Source of the DNA: a virus
Lineage: Duplodnaviria > Caudoviricetes
IMG/VR virus record: IMGVR_UViG_3300028115_001382
Location: 1 to 61,284 of that record
Length of the DNA stretch: 61,284 bases
Direction: 5' to 3' (one strand)
Shown: in pieces, positions 1 through 9,045 of the stretch
How positions within the stretch are numbered: the stretch's first letter is position 1
Layout of the letters: every line of letters begins with the position of its first letter
Position numbers and translations under genes: made by a program
Notes under the pieces: generated by a model
The model's database searches: none
Seen by the model: only the letters and a program-made list of their open reading frames with translations
Told to the model about the DNA's origin: nothing

Positions 1-1
1 T

Positions 2-301
2 ACTTATGGACACGCAGCATCAAACTTTGTAAGAAGTTGGTATGAGAAAACAAAAGAAGAAAATGGTTTAAATGATGTAGATTCAGCGTTAGAAATAATG
101 GTTGATCAACTTGGAATGAATGAAAACTTTGCTGATGGTAAAGTAAAAGGCAAAAGCAGACCAGGGCGTGTAAAGCGTTCAGGTGCTAGTTGTAATGGAA
201 GTGTTACAGCATTACGCAAAAGGGCTAAAAATAGTAGTGGTGAAAAAGCGAGGATGTATCATTGGTGCGCAAACATGAAGTCGGGCAAAAAGAAAAAATA
301 G
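2..301 (+). CDS. 5'-partial Lys-rich putative head/internal protein
   Basis: Frame is open from base 2 to TAG 299-301; ends with an E-delimited module (MNE-NFADGKVKGKSRPGRVK...HWCANMKSGKKKK). Confidence 0.6.
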   Translation, partial: TYGHAASNFVRSWYEKTKEENGLNDVDSALEIMVDQLGMNENFADGKVKGKSRPGRVKRSGASCNGSVTALRKRAKNSSGEKARMYHWCANMKSGKKKK

Positions 302-477
302 ACTGGGCAGTAGAATACCCAGACGGTTATAGCAGAACGTGGAGAGAACACGAAGACATGAGCATTGATGATATAGAATGGGCGCACTACATAGCCAAGT
401 ACAAAGAACACGAAGCAAATAGAACAAGCACAAACGAAAGAAACAAATACTGGAATGAATATAGAAGATCTAAATGA
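262..477 (+). CDS. hypothetical protein, start uncertain (TTG 262, ATG 358, or frameshift from the upstream gene)
   Basis: Fills the gap between flanking genes and overlaps the next start. Confidence 0.4.
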   Translation: MVRKHEVGQKEKIDWAVEYPDGYSRTWREHEDMSIDDIEWAHYIAKYKEHEANRTSTNERNKYWNEYRRSK

Positions 478-718
478 AGATGCTAGAATCGTAAAAAATG
501 TTAACACTACCGCAGATGTTGATATTGATCAAATACCAGTGGAAGCAATTAAATTAGGCAACAAAGTCACAATAGACGGTGTGCCGCCATTTTTACGTGT
601 AGATGGTAAACTAAAAGAACGGCGTTACACAGCGTATGAATGGAGTGTAATGGAGGGTGGACACAGTTTAGAAGAGCCAGAGGCAAAACCTAAACTGTTT
701 GATTTCGATAAATACTAA
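455..718 (+). CDS. hypothetical putative head-associated protein
   Basis: MNIEDLNE N-terminus; ORF track. Confidence 0.6.
   Translation: MNIEDLNEDARIVKNVNTTADVDIDQIPVEAIKLGNKVTIDGVPPFLRVDGKLKERRYTAYEWSVMEGGHSLEEPEAKPKLFDFDKY
709..714 (+). promoter_or_regulatory. late-type promoter TAAATA, 5 nt before ATG 720
   Basis: GATAAATACTAACATG; resembles the T4 late promoter TATAAATA. Confidence 0.55.
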
Positions 719-719
719 C

Positions 720-911
720 ATGTTCATTAGAGAGACTTTTAAAAAAACACCATTTTTAATGTTTATGGCTGATTTACGTATCAGACAAAAATTTTATAGC
801 CAAGCTATAAAAGTCCAAACCAGTGCTCGTAATGTAATTGAAGCACGTAAGCAAATTATGGCACAATATGGTCCAGAAACAAAAATTATCTCACTAAGGA
901 GAATCAAATGA
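720..911 (+). CDS. hypothetical protein (MFIRETF...)
   Basis: ATG 720 is in frame with track ORF 699..911; ATGA overlap with next gene. Confidence 0.65.
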   Translation: MFIRETFKKTPFLMFMADLRIRQKFYSQAIKVQTSARNVIEARKQIMAQYGPETKIISLRRIK

Positions 912-1471
912 ATTTACGTGAGATTACAGGTGGAGGCAAAGATGCTCATCAAGCAAAAGGCAAAGATCCAATGCCTAAAGCAAAAGGTGGCAGAAAAAAA
1001 CATCCTTTAAAGCATCAATTAGTAGGCGATAGTATAGAACATGAACTCGACGAAGCAGCACCTGTTATAGCCGCAGCTATATGGCTTATTAAATGGGCAG
1101 CAGTACGTGGCGCATGGCCTGTATTAAAGTTTATACTAAAAAGATATGGCGGTAAATTAGCATTTGGCGCAGGAGCAGTAGCAGCAATTGATCAAGGATG
1201 GGATTGGGTAATTAGTAAAGTTGGCGAAGAGTATGCCCAGATGCTTATTGATAACAAATTTGAAATTGGAATGGCAGTAGCATTAATAATGGGTGCTGTA
1301 GCATTACAAAAAATCTTTATGAAAAAGGGTGACGAAATTGTCGCTAAGTATCAAGAGTCAATTAACGAAATGACCAGTGCGGGCGGCATAGCAGCAGTAG
1401 CAATGCCAATGGGCACATTACAGCGTAGAGGCACAAAGCCAAAACGCAAAGCAAAAAAGAAGAACAGATAA
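908..1471 (+). CDS. putative processed internal head protein with hydrophobic segments
   Basis: MNLRE start; modules separated by LDE/INE; two hydrophobic stretches; basic tail. Confidence 0.55.
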   Translation: MNLREITGGGKDAHQAKGKDPMPKAKGGRKKHPLKHQLVGDSIEHELDEAAPVIAAAIWLIKWAAVRGAWPVLKFILKRYGGKLAFGAGAVAAIDQGWDWVISKVGEEYAQMLIDNKFEIGMAVALIMGAVALQKIFMKKGDEIVAKYQESINEMTSAGGIAAVAMPMGTLQRRGTKPKRKAKKKNR

Positions 1472-1474
1472 ATA
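1469..1474 (+). promoter_or_regulatory. late-type promoter TAAATA
   Basis: GATAAATAGT followed by GGAG SD and ATG 1494. Confidence 0.55.
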
Positions 1475-1493
1475 GTAGTAATCGGAGAATACT

Positions 1494-2327
1494 ATGACAA
1501 CAGTAGATGAAAAATCAAAAGGTTTGTATTACAACGTAAACAAACGTAAGAAAGCAGGAACAAGTCGTCCAAAAAATCATCCTAAAGCGCCAAGCGCACA
1601 GGATTGGAAAGATGCTGCTAAAACAGCAAAAGAAGACAACCAAATGGGTATGGATCCAAAGCATAGAGAAATCGCTGGCTTAGGACGTAAAATGATCGAC
1701 ATGGCATCTAAGATGACAGGTACAGATGATAATACACTTATGATGGCAAATGCTTTATCTCGTCTTGGCGACACACTTACAAACTTTGGTGCTAACTTTG
1801 GTCCAAAGAGCATGGAAGATGTTGTAAGAATTACAGGCATGGACAAACCAGTGATCTCCGCACTGATTAAAAAAGCCAAAAGCGACACAGGTTCTTCAAC
1901 TAACCAAGCAGCAGAAGGCAACGAGTTTGCTAAAAAAGTTGCTGACTTAAAAGCAAAAGGTGCTAAACCAGGAACTAAGTTTAAAACATCAGACGGTCAA
2001 GAACATGTACTTGAAGGTCTTGCTGATATGGCAGATATTGCCGAGCGTGATCACGAAGTACAAATGGCAAGAGCAGAGCTTTATAAGATTGCCAAGTATA
2101 GTATCAAACTACATGACATGATGAAAAGTATAAGCGAAGCTGAAGGTCTTGAAGGATGGATGCAGAGTAAAATTACTAAAGCAGCAGATTACTTAGGCAG
2201 TGTGTATCATACTCTTGATTATGATCAATCACCAATTGCTACCGAATCACATAAGTTTACAATGTCAGAAAACGATGTCACTGCGTATAAAAATACATTA
2301 GCAGAAAAGATGTCAAAAAAAAAATAA
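1494..2327 (+). CDS. modular putative internal head protein; possible -1 frameshift extension to 2467
   Basis: VDE/AAE/VLE-delimited modules; DHEVQMA...LEGWMQSKITKAADYL segment; ends in an A10 run. Confidence 0.65.
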   Translation: MTTVDEKSKGLYYNVNKRKKAGTSRPKNHPKAPSAQDWKDAAKTAKEDNQMGMDPKHREIAGLGRKMIDMASKMTGTDDNTLMMANALSRLGDTLTNFGANFGPKSMEDVVRITGMDKPVISALIKKAKSDTGSSTNQAAEGNEFAKKVADLKAKGAKPGTKFKTSDGQEHVLEGLADMADIAERDHEVQMARAELYKIAKYSIKLHDMMKSISEAEGLEGWMQSKITKAADYLGSVYHTLDYDQSPIATESHKFTMSENDVTAYKNTLAEKMSKKK

Positions 2328-2463
2328 AGTCAGCCCATAAACACGCAGACAAGTTAAAGAAAGATAAAAAAGCAAAGTCTAGTATCACAAAATGGGCTAA
2401 AGACAAAGGAATGGATCCAGAAGGTGCTATGTACGCAATAGCAATGAATAGGGAGAAAAAGAA

Positions 2464-2628
2464 ATGAAAATATCTGAAGTAACCGATCACACTTGCGAAG
2501 AGTGCGGCAATGTAAGTTGGACCACATTAGACGAAGAAAAGAAAAAAGGTAGCCACGGAAAAGTATGCTGGAAAGGCTATCGTAGAGGAAAAGGCAATAG
2601 TTGCCATAAGGTAAAAGGCGACGGCTAG
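2464..2628 (+). CDS. small CWxGY-motif protein (54 aa, not in ORF track)
   Basis: MKISEVTDHTCEECGNVSWTTLDEEKKKGSHGKVCWKGYRRGKGNSCHKVKGDG*; abuts both neighbours. Confidence 0.7.
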   Translation: MKISEVTDHTCEECGNVSWTTLDEEKKKGSHGKVCWKGYRRGKGNSCHKVKGDG

Positions 2629-3320
2629 TGTGCTTGTATAACGACGGTGTTATATTAGAAAAACAACTTTTTGACAAACAAACTATAAAAAATATAAAAG
2701 AAAGTGTTTCAGCATTAAAACCTGATCACGGGTTTGATCATAACCTTGAATTCACTGTTGATAAACCAAAAAACCTATACAGTCAATATTGTTCAGAAAA
2801 CATAGACGATAAAAGTTTTTCTATCCTAAATAATAAAATTAAAAAAATAGTAAACGACCACATAGAAGATGCTGTGCCTTTTGGTAATGGAAATGTAGTT
2901 GTACAAAATTCAGGATATAATGCTGTCATGCCACATCTTGATTGTCCTTACAGATTCACACAATACAATTATGAAAAAGATTTACTTGGCGTATTGGCAT
3001 TTGTACCTTTAGATAATTTTACCAAAGAAAACGGTGCTACAGGGTTTGTAAAAGGAAGTCATAAATTTCACTTGGATAATGTAAAATGTTATGAAGGTCA
3101 TTATAACGATTTTTATAATGACAACCATGAGCAAATTGAATGCAAGATTGGAGATGTAATTATTTGGAACGCAAAAATATTACATAGCGGCATGCCTAAT
3201 CATACTAAGTATTCAAGGGCTGGTATTGCTATAAATTATGTTAGCAATAGTATTATGGATAACCTATACAAAATTATGAATGAACAAAGTCATAGTGAGC
3301 AATATAGAAATGACGTTTGA
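2628..3320 (+). CDS. phytanoyl-CoA dioxygenase (PhyH)-like 2OG-Fe(II) oxygenase
   Basis: HLD, LDNFTKENGATGFVKGSH, GDVIIWNAKILHSG, R motifs. Confidence 0.8.
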   Translation: MCLYNDGVILEKQLFDKQTIKNIKESVSALKPDHGFDHNLEFTVDKPKNLYSQYCSENIDDKSFSILNNKIKKIVNDHIEDAVPFGNGNVVVQNSGYNAVMPHLDCPYRFTQYNYEKDLLGVLAFVPLDNFTKENGATGFVKGSHKFHLDNVKCYEGHYNDFYNDNHEQIECKIGDVIIWNAKILHSGMPNHTKYSRAGIAINYVSNSIMDNLYKIMNEQSHSEQYRNDV

Positions 3321-3813
3321 AGAAAACATACATAACTGGATAGAAAAATTCCTAAGTATACCTAACACGACTTTTAGTAATCTGCCTCCTTGTCCCTTTG
3401 CTAAACAAGCAATGTTAGAAGACAAGATACAATGTGTTGAATTAAAGGCTATAGATCGACTTAGCATTGGTGAATATTTTATATGCGAATTAGAAAACTT
3501 TTCTTATCATTGGCCTAGAAAAAAAGAAGTAGTAATATTAGGTTGCGACCCACAATTAATCACTAGCGAAGAATTATCTCGTGCTGTAGGACATGCTAAC
3601 GATCAATTTTTACATAACAGAGGATACATTGCGCTAGAGGATCATCCAGACGAAGAAGAAAAAGTTAATGAAGTAATTTTAAACAATGGCCAATATGCCA
3701 TTGTATTTTTACAGGATTCAAAAAAGTTAAATACAGCAAGAACAGCATTACAAAAACAAAATTATTATGTTAACTGGGATGCCGAATACTATGCTGATGT
3801 AACTGAAATATGA
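3310..3813 (+). CDS. DUF1415-like protein
   Basis: W...PPCPFAKQA motif; EDHP. Confidence 0.5.
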   Translation: MTFEENIHNWIEKFLSIPNTTFSNLPPCPFAKQAMLEDKIQCVELKAIDRLSIGEYFICELENFSYHWPRKKEVVILGCDPQLITSEELSRAVGHANDQFLHNRGYIALEDHPDEEEKVNEVILNNGQYAIVFLQDSKKLNTARTALQKQNYYVNWDAEYYADVTEI

Positions 3814-4247
3814 CAAGTAGAATCGATTTAACAAAAACAACATATAAAACAATTGATTTTAAATTGTTGTCTAGTAATGAATTTACAGAATGTGAACAAA
3901 TATACAAACAGTATATAAGATACAAAAACTTTGAAGAAATATATCCAATTTTTAGAGAAGACTGGGATCATTCTACAGTTTTTGGATATTACGACAACAA
4001 CCAATTAGTAGCATGGAGTGCTTATTATGTATATCCTAGTAAAAGCACAGCACATGCGGATCAATTTGCTTGGAACTACAAGAATCCTAAACTTAAATTA
4101 GGTTACAAATCTTTGAGAAGTGAATGTGCCTATTTTAGAAATATAGGATTTAAATACCTAATACTCGGAGATCTATACAGTTACAAACAAGAGCTTAAAG
4201 GATTTGAAACAATAAATATAGATTCACCAGGCGCATTTGAGTCTTGA
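3810..4247 (+). CDS. GNAT-fold protein resembling the C-terminal domain of Arg-tRNA-protein transferase (Ate1/Bpt)
   Basis: GYYDNNQLVAWS...LKLGYKSLRSEC...GFKYLILG pattern. Confidence 0.5.
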   Translation: MTSRIDLTKTTYKTIDFKLLSSNEFTECEQIYKQYIRYKNFEEIYPIFREDWDHSTVFGYYDNNQLVAWSAYYVYPSKSTAHADQFAWNYKNPKLKLGYKSLRSECAYFRNIGFKYLILGDLYSYKQELKGFETINIDSPGAFES

Positions 4248-4272
4248 CTTATTACATATAATAGTATATAAT
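4244..4272 (+). promoter_or_regulatory. sigma70-type promoter
   Basis: TTGACT-N17-TATAAT. Confidence 0.75.
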
Positions 4273-4296
4273 TAAATTAAAACAAAAGGAGCAAGT

Positions 4297-4560
4297 ATGA
4301 GTGACAGAGTTTACGGCGCTGAAGAAAAAGCTAAACTAGAACGTCTAGTAAAAGAAGGTGTAACAGTATTACAAGAGATTGAAGATTTACAAGGCGGATT
4401 GAAAGAAACTGTGAAAGCAGTAGCAGAAGAACTTAACGTAAAACCTAGTCTTATTAATAAAGCAATTAAAGTTGCTCAAAAAAATGACTGGTCACGTCAT
4501 CAAGATGAATTTGAAGATCTTGAAACCATTGTTGCTACAACTGGATATGATAAAGACTAA
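4297..4560 (+). CDS. dsDNA-binding protein, T4 DsbA/GapR-like
   Basis: Small helical protein (LKETVKAVAEELNVKPSLINKAIK); AGGAG SD; near the polymerase gene. Confidence 0.55.
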   Translation: MSDRVYGAEEKAKLERLVKEGVTVLQEIEDLQGGLKETVKAVAEELNVKPSLINKAIKVAQKNDWSRHQDEFEDLETIVATTGYDKD

Positions 4561-4578
4561 GTACTTTAAGGAGTTTAC

Positions 4579-5082
4579 ATGAATCGAGGCAAAGTAGAAC
4601 CAGTTTGGCAAGACCAAAGTTTTTATAATTTAGATTATGAAAGTCGCGGTGGTTATGGGCAAGATGAATACATCATGTATGGGCACGATCCATACAAAGT
4701 AATAATTAACAATGATGTATATGTTGGCCCAATGTCTAAGATGCCAGACTTTAGTAGCAATGTGATTGAACAACTTCCAACTCATGATAGTTATAGTGTT
4801 GCTTTTTACAGAACACCACCAGGTAACATATTGCCAGTACATAAAGATATGTATTGTAATTATATGAAAATGAACAACATATCAGATGTTAACAAAATTA
4901 CTAGATACATTGTTTTCTTAGAAGATTCTAAACGTGGACATCTTTTTCAAATAGAAAAAGAAGTGTTAGCAGACTGGAAGCGTGGAGATTGGATTAGTTG
5001 GACAGGCAGTACTTTACATGCGGCATATAATATGGGTATAGAGCATAGGTACACAATGCAGGTTACCTGTTTTGATAACTAG
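4579..5082 (+). CDS. 2OG-Fe(II) oxygenase/cupin-like protein
   Basis: PVHKD...TLHAAYN...RYTMQVT. Confidence 0.65.
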   Translation: MNRGKVEPVWQDQSFYNLDYESRGGYGQDEYIMYGHDPYKVIINNDVYVGPMSKMPDFSSNVIEQLPTHDSYSVAFYRTPPGNILPVHKDMYCNYMKMNNISDVNKITRYIVFLEDSKRGHLFQIEKEVLADWKRGDWISWTGSTLHAAYNMGIEHRYTMQVTCFDN

Positions 5083-5353
5083 AATATTAGATTACTTTAA
5101 AGAGAGTTATAGATTATCTCCAGTAGCGTTTTACTGTGAAATGGCCGAAACAACTTTATTAATGGCTGCTTCAGTAATACTTACTTTTACTGTGTTAGAT
5201 CCTGCTACTGAACTTTTTATACCAATGTATTTAATAGGTAGTATACTAGGTGTCATTAGCACAGTTATACGAAAGGCAGCATTTGCTATTATATTGTGTG
5301 CTTGGTTTGTGCTTATGAATTCTCTTGCTCTAATACAACTTTTCGTGTTATAA
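5072..5353 (+). CDS. small membrane protein
   Basis: Three hydrophobic segments. Confidence 0.65.
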   Translation: MITRILDYFKESYRLSPVAFYCEMAETTLLMAASVILTFTVLDPATELFIPMYLIGSILGVISTVIRKAAFAIILCAWFVLMNSLALIQLFVL

Positions 5354-5371
5354 TAATAAAAAGGAATATAA

Positions 5372-8053
5372 ATGCCATACGTTGATGCTTTTTTTGATAG
5401 AGATGCTGATATTATTCGTGCCGTTGAACGCCGCGATGGCAAAAGGCATTATCAAGAATATCAAGCAAAGTACACATTTTACTATGAAGATCCACGTGGC
5501 AAATACAAAAGCATTTATGGTGATCCATTAACACGTATTGTATGTAAAAACACAAAAGACTTTCGCAAGGAACTTGCTATAAACAAAGGCAAGAAAATGT
5601 TTGAGTCTGATCTTAATCCTATATTTCAATGTTTAAGCGAACACTATCTTAATCAAGATGCTCCTAAAATGAATGTTGCTTTTTTTGATATTGAGACAGA
5701 CTTTGATCCAGAGCGTGGCTTTGCTGATCCAAGCGATCCTTTTATGCCTATTACTGCTATTACTGTACATTTACAATGGCTAGATGCTCTTATTACTTTT
5801 GCTTTGCCGCCAAAGACACTAACTATGGAAGAAGCACAGGCAGAAGTAGAAGATTTTGACAATACATTCTTGTATGCTAATGAAGGCGAAATGCTAGAAG
5901 CGTTTCTTGATATTATTGAAGATGCTGATATTATAAGTGGTTGGAACAGCGAAGGTTATGATATTCCATATACAGTCAATCGTGTAAGTAGAGTGCTGAG
6001 CAAGGATGATACAAGACGTTTTTGTTTGTGGAAGCAACTTCCTAAAAGACGTGAGTTTGAAAAGTATGGCAAAACTGCTGAAACATTTGATACTGTTGGC
6101 AGAGTACATATGGACTATCTTGAACTATATCGCAAGTACACATATGAAGAACGCCACACATACAGACTAGATGCTATCGGCGAATTGGAAGTTGGTGAAA
6201 ACAAGACTGTGTATGAAGGCACACTTGATCAACTTTATAACAATGACTTCAAGAGATTTATTGAATATAATAGACAAGACGTTGCCCTACTTGACAAACT
6301 AGATAAGAAGTTAAGGTTTATTGACTTAGCAAATCAAATTGCACATGACAACACAGTGCTATTACAAACAACAATGGGTGCTGTAGCAGTTACAGAACAA
6401 GCTATTGTAAATGAGTCGCATAATAGGGGCATGCAAGTTCCAAACAGAAAAGAACGTGATGGACAGACAGCAGCAGCTGGTGCTTATGTTGCGTTTCCTA
6501 AAAAAGGTTTACATGAATGGATTGGTTCAATGGATTTGAACAGTCTGTATCCAAGTGTTATTAGAGCAATGAACATGGCACCTGAAACTATTATAGGACA
6601 AATTAGATTAGAAATAAGCGAAGCTCGTGTACAAGAAGATATGACACTTAAAAAGAAAAGTTTTGCGGGCAGTTGGGAAGGCAGATTTGCTACTGAAGAA
6701 TATGAAGCTGTAATGGATCAACGTAGGGATGTATCTCTTACTATTGACTGGGAAGAAGGTAAGGAGCCAGCAGGCAGCACTAGTGATGTTCTAAGTGGTG
6801 CTGAAATACACAAACTTATTTTTGATAGTCAAATGCCGTGGATGCTTAGTGCTAACGGCACTATTTTTACTACAGAATATGAAGGCATTATTCCTGGTAT
6901 TCTAAAGCGTTGGTATAGCGAACGTAAAGATCTACAAAAGATGTTAAAGAAAGCAAAAGATGCTAAAAATGACGCAGAGATTGAATACTGGGATAAACGT
7001 CAGCTAGTTAAGAAGATTAACTTGAACAGTTTGTATGGTGCTATTTTAAATCCTGGTTGTAGATTCTTTGATAAACGTATTGGACAGTCAACTACACTTA
7101 CAGGTAGACAGATTGTTAAGCATATGAGCGCAGAAGTAAACAAAGTTGTTACTGGTGAATATGATCACGTAGGCAAAGCTATTATATATGGCGATACAGA
7201 CTCTGTGTATTTTAGTGCGTGGCCTGTGTTAAAAGATGAAGTTGCTCAAGGTACTATACCTTGGGGTAAGGATAATGTTATTACATTGTATGATCAGATT
7301 TGTGAACAAGCAAACACAACATTTCCAGACTTTATGATGCGAGCATTTCATTGTCCAAAGTCACGTAGTGATGTTATTGCGGCGGCTAGAGAAATTGTTG
7401 CTGAAACAGGCTTGTACATTACAAAGAAACGTTATGCGGCATTAGTATATGACTTGGAAGGCTTTAGAACAGATGTTGATGGTAAACTAGGCAAAGTAAA
7501 AGCAATGGGGTTAGATTTAAAACGCAGCGATACTCCTGTGTTTATGCAAAACTTTTTAAAAGACTTATTAGATATGGTACTACAGAAAAAAGGTGAAAAA
7601 GAAATACTAGATGCTATAAGTGATTTTAGACGTGAGTTCAAAGAACGTCCAGGATTTGAAAAAGGATCACCTAAACGTGCTAACAAGATTGGACATTATC
7701 AGCGTCTTGAGGAAAAGCAAGGCAAAGCAAACATGCCTGGACACGTAAGAGCCAGCATCAACTGGAATACACTTAAACGTATGAATGGTGACAAATACTC
7801 ACAAGAGATTGTAGATGGTATGAAAGTTATTGTTTGTAAACTTAGACAAAATCCATTGGGTTTTACTAGTGTTGCTTATCCAACAGATGAACTACGTATT
7901 CCAGACTGGTTTAAAGAACTTCCATTTGATAGTGACGCTATGGAAGAAGTGATTATTGACAACAAACTAGACAACTTGATTGGTGTGTTGAAATATGATT
8001 TAGAAAGTACAAAACAAAAGACAACATTCAATAATTTATTCGAATGGGACTAA
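5372..8053 (+). CDS. family B DNA polymerase with 3'-5' exonuclease domain
   Basis: DIETD (ExoI), WNSEGYD, YNRQD, DLNSLYPS, KINLNSLYG, YGDTDS, KKRY. Confidence 0.97.
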   Translation: MPYVDAFFDRDADIIRAVERRDGKRHYQEYQAKYTFYYEDPRGKYKSIYGDPLTRIVCKNTKDFRKELAINKGKKMFESDLNPIFQCLSEHYLNQDAPKMNVAFFDIETDFDPERGFADPSDPFMPITAITVHLQWLDALITFALPPKTLTMEEAQAEVEDFDNTFLYANEGEMLEAFLDIIEDADIISGWNSEGYDIPYTVNRVSRVLSKDDTRRFCLWKQLPKRREFEKYGKTAETFDTVGRVHMDYLELYRKYTYEERHTYRLDAIGELEVGENKTVYEGTLDQLYNNDFKRFIEYNRQDVALLDKLDKKLRFIDLANQIAHDNTVLLQTTMGAVAVTEQAIVNESHNRGMQVPNRKERDGQTAAAGAYVAFPKKGLHEWIGSMDLNSLYPSVIRAMNMAPETIIGQIRLEISEARVQEDMTLKKKSFAGSWEGRFATEEYEAVMDQRRDVSLTIDWEEGKEPAGSTSDVLSGAEIHKLIFDSQMPWMLSANGTIFTTEYEGIIPGILKRWYSERKDLQKMLKKAKDAKNDAEIEYWDKRQLVKKINLNSLYGAILNPGCRFFDKRIGQSTTLTGRQIVKHMSAEVNKVVTGEYDHVGKAIIYGDTDSVYFSAWPVLKDEVAQGTIPWGKDNVITLYDQICEQANTTFPDFMMRAFHCPKSRSDVIAAAREIVAETGLYITKKRYAALVYDLEGFRTDVDGKLGKVKAMGLDLKRSDTPVFMQNFLKDLLDMVLQKKGEKEILDAISDFRREFKERPGFEKGSPKRANKIGHYQRLEEKQGKANMPGHVRASINWNTLKRMNGDKYSQEIVDGMKVIVCKLRQNPLGFTSVAYPTDELRIPDWFKELPFDSDAMEEVIIDNKLDNLIGVLKYDLESTKQKTTFNNLFEWD

Positions 8054-8054
8054 A

Positions 8055-8483
8055 ATGAAATTTTTTATAACAGGTACAAGACGTGGTTTAGGTAAAGCAC
8101 TAGAAGAAAAATATGGAAATTGCGGAAGTTTAGAAGAATGTGATGTTTTCATCAATTGCAAACACATAGGGTTTGATCAAGTTTATTCCTTATATGAAGC
8201 TGCGGATCTAAATAAACGTATAATCAATATTAGTTCCAATTCAGGTGATGGTATTAAAAATAAACCGCATGTATATGCTATAGAAAAAAATGCTCTTGAC
8301 AAAGCCAATGAACAGTTGTATTATCAAGGAATCGATACAACTAGTGTAAGATTTGGATGGATTGATACTCCTCGAGTACAAGGCGTAGAAGAACAAAAAA
8401 TGAGTGTAGAATATTGTATATCTGTAATTGATTGGATACTACAACAGCCGCATAAAATAAAGGAAATTACAATTACACCATGA
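8055..8483 (+). CDS. short SDR/Rossmann-like protein
   Basis: ITGTRRGLGKAL; YAIEK (YxxxK). Confidence 0.65.
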   Translation: MKFFITGTRRGLGKALEEKYGNCGSLEECDVFINCKHIGFDQVYSLYEAADLNKRIINISSNSGDGIKNKPHVYAIEKNALDKANEQLYYQGIDTTSVRFGWIDTPRVQGVEEQKMSVEYCISVIDWILQQPHKIKEITITP

Positions 8484-8887
8484 AAGTAGGATTTACATGT
8501 AGTACATTTGATTTGTTACATGCTGGACATGTGCAAATGTTACGTGAAGCAAAAGAACAGTGCGATTATTTAATTTGTGCTTTACAAATGGATCCAAGTG
8601 TAGACAGAGCTGAAAAGAATGCACCAGTCCAAACTATTGTAGAGCGTTACACACAATTAAAAGGCGTAAAGTATGTGGATGAAATTATTCCATATGGCAC
8701 CGAAAAAGACCTAGAAGATATCTTGACAATGTATCATATAGATGTTAGAATACTAGGAGAAGAATACAGAGACAAAGACTTTACTGGTAAGGATATTTGC
8801 CGTAAGCGTGAAATAGATCTGTATTTTAACAAACGTGATCATCGCTTCAGCACAAGCGATCTTAGAAAAAGGGTATGTGAAGTATAA
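8480..8887 (+). CDS. cytidylyltransferase (TagD/glycerol-3-phosphate CTase-like)
   Basis: FDLLHAGH (HxGH); RFSTSDLR. Confidence 0.88.
   Translation: MKVGFTCSTFDLLHAGHVQMLREAKEQCDYLICALQMDPSVDRAEKNAPVQTIVERYTQLKGVKYVDEIIPYGTEKDLEDILTMYHIDVRILGEEYRDKDFTGKDICRKREIDLYFNKRDHRFSTSDLRKRVCEV
8723..8751 (+). promoter_or_regulatory. sigma70-type promoter inside a CDS
   Basis: TTGACA-N17-TAGAAT with extended TGn. Confidence 0.5.
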
Positions 8888-9045
8888 TGTGGATATTATT
8901 TGTAATTAGTTTTGTGCCTGATTTAAATGAATATAAAGTCACAAAATTCAACACCTACAATAACAGAACACAATGCGAAATAAATCAGACTGTATTAAAA
9001 GCACTGTTTGAAGAAGATGAAAAGGCGGTTTGTGTATATGAATAA
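8887..9045 (+). CDS. small hypothetical protein (52 aa, not in track)
   Basis: MWILFVISFVPD...TQCE...AVCVYE*; coupled to both neighbours. Confidence 0.6.
   Translation: MWILFVISFVPDLNEYKVTKFNTYNNRTQCEINQTVLKALFEEDEKAVCVYE

Noticed and set aside
5372-8053. Intein or intron in the DNA polymerase
   Set aside because: Continuous ORF with no C/S...HN splice or LAGLIDADG motifs
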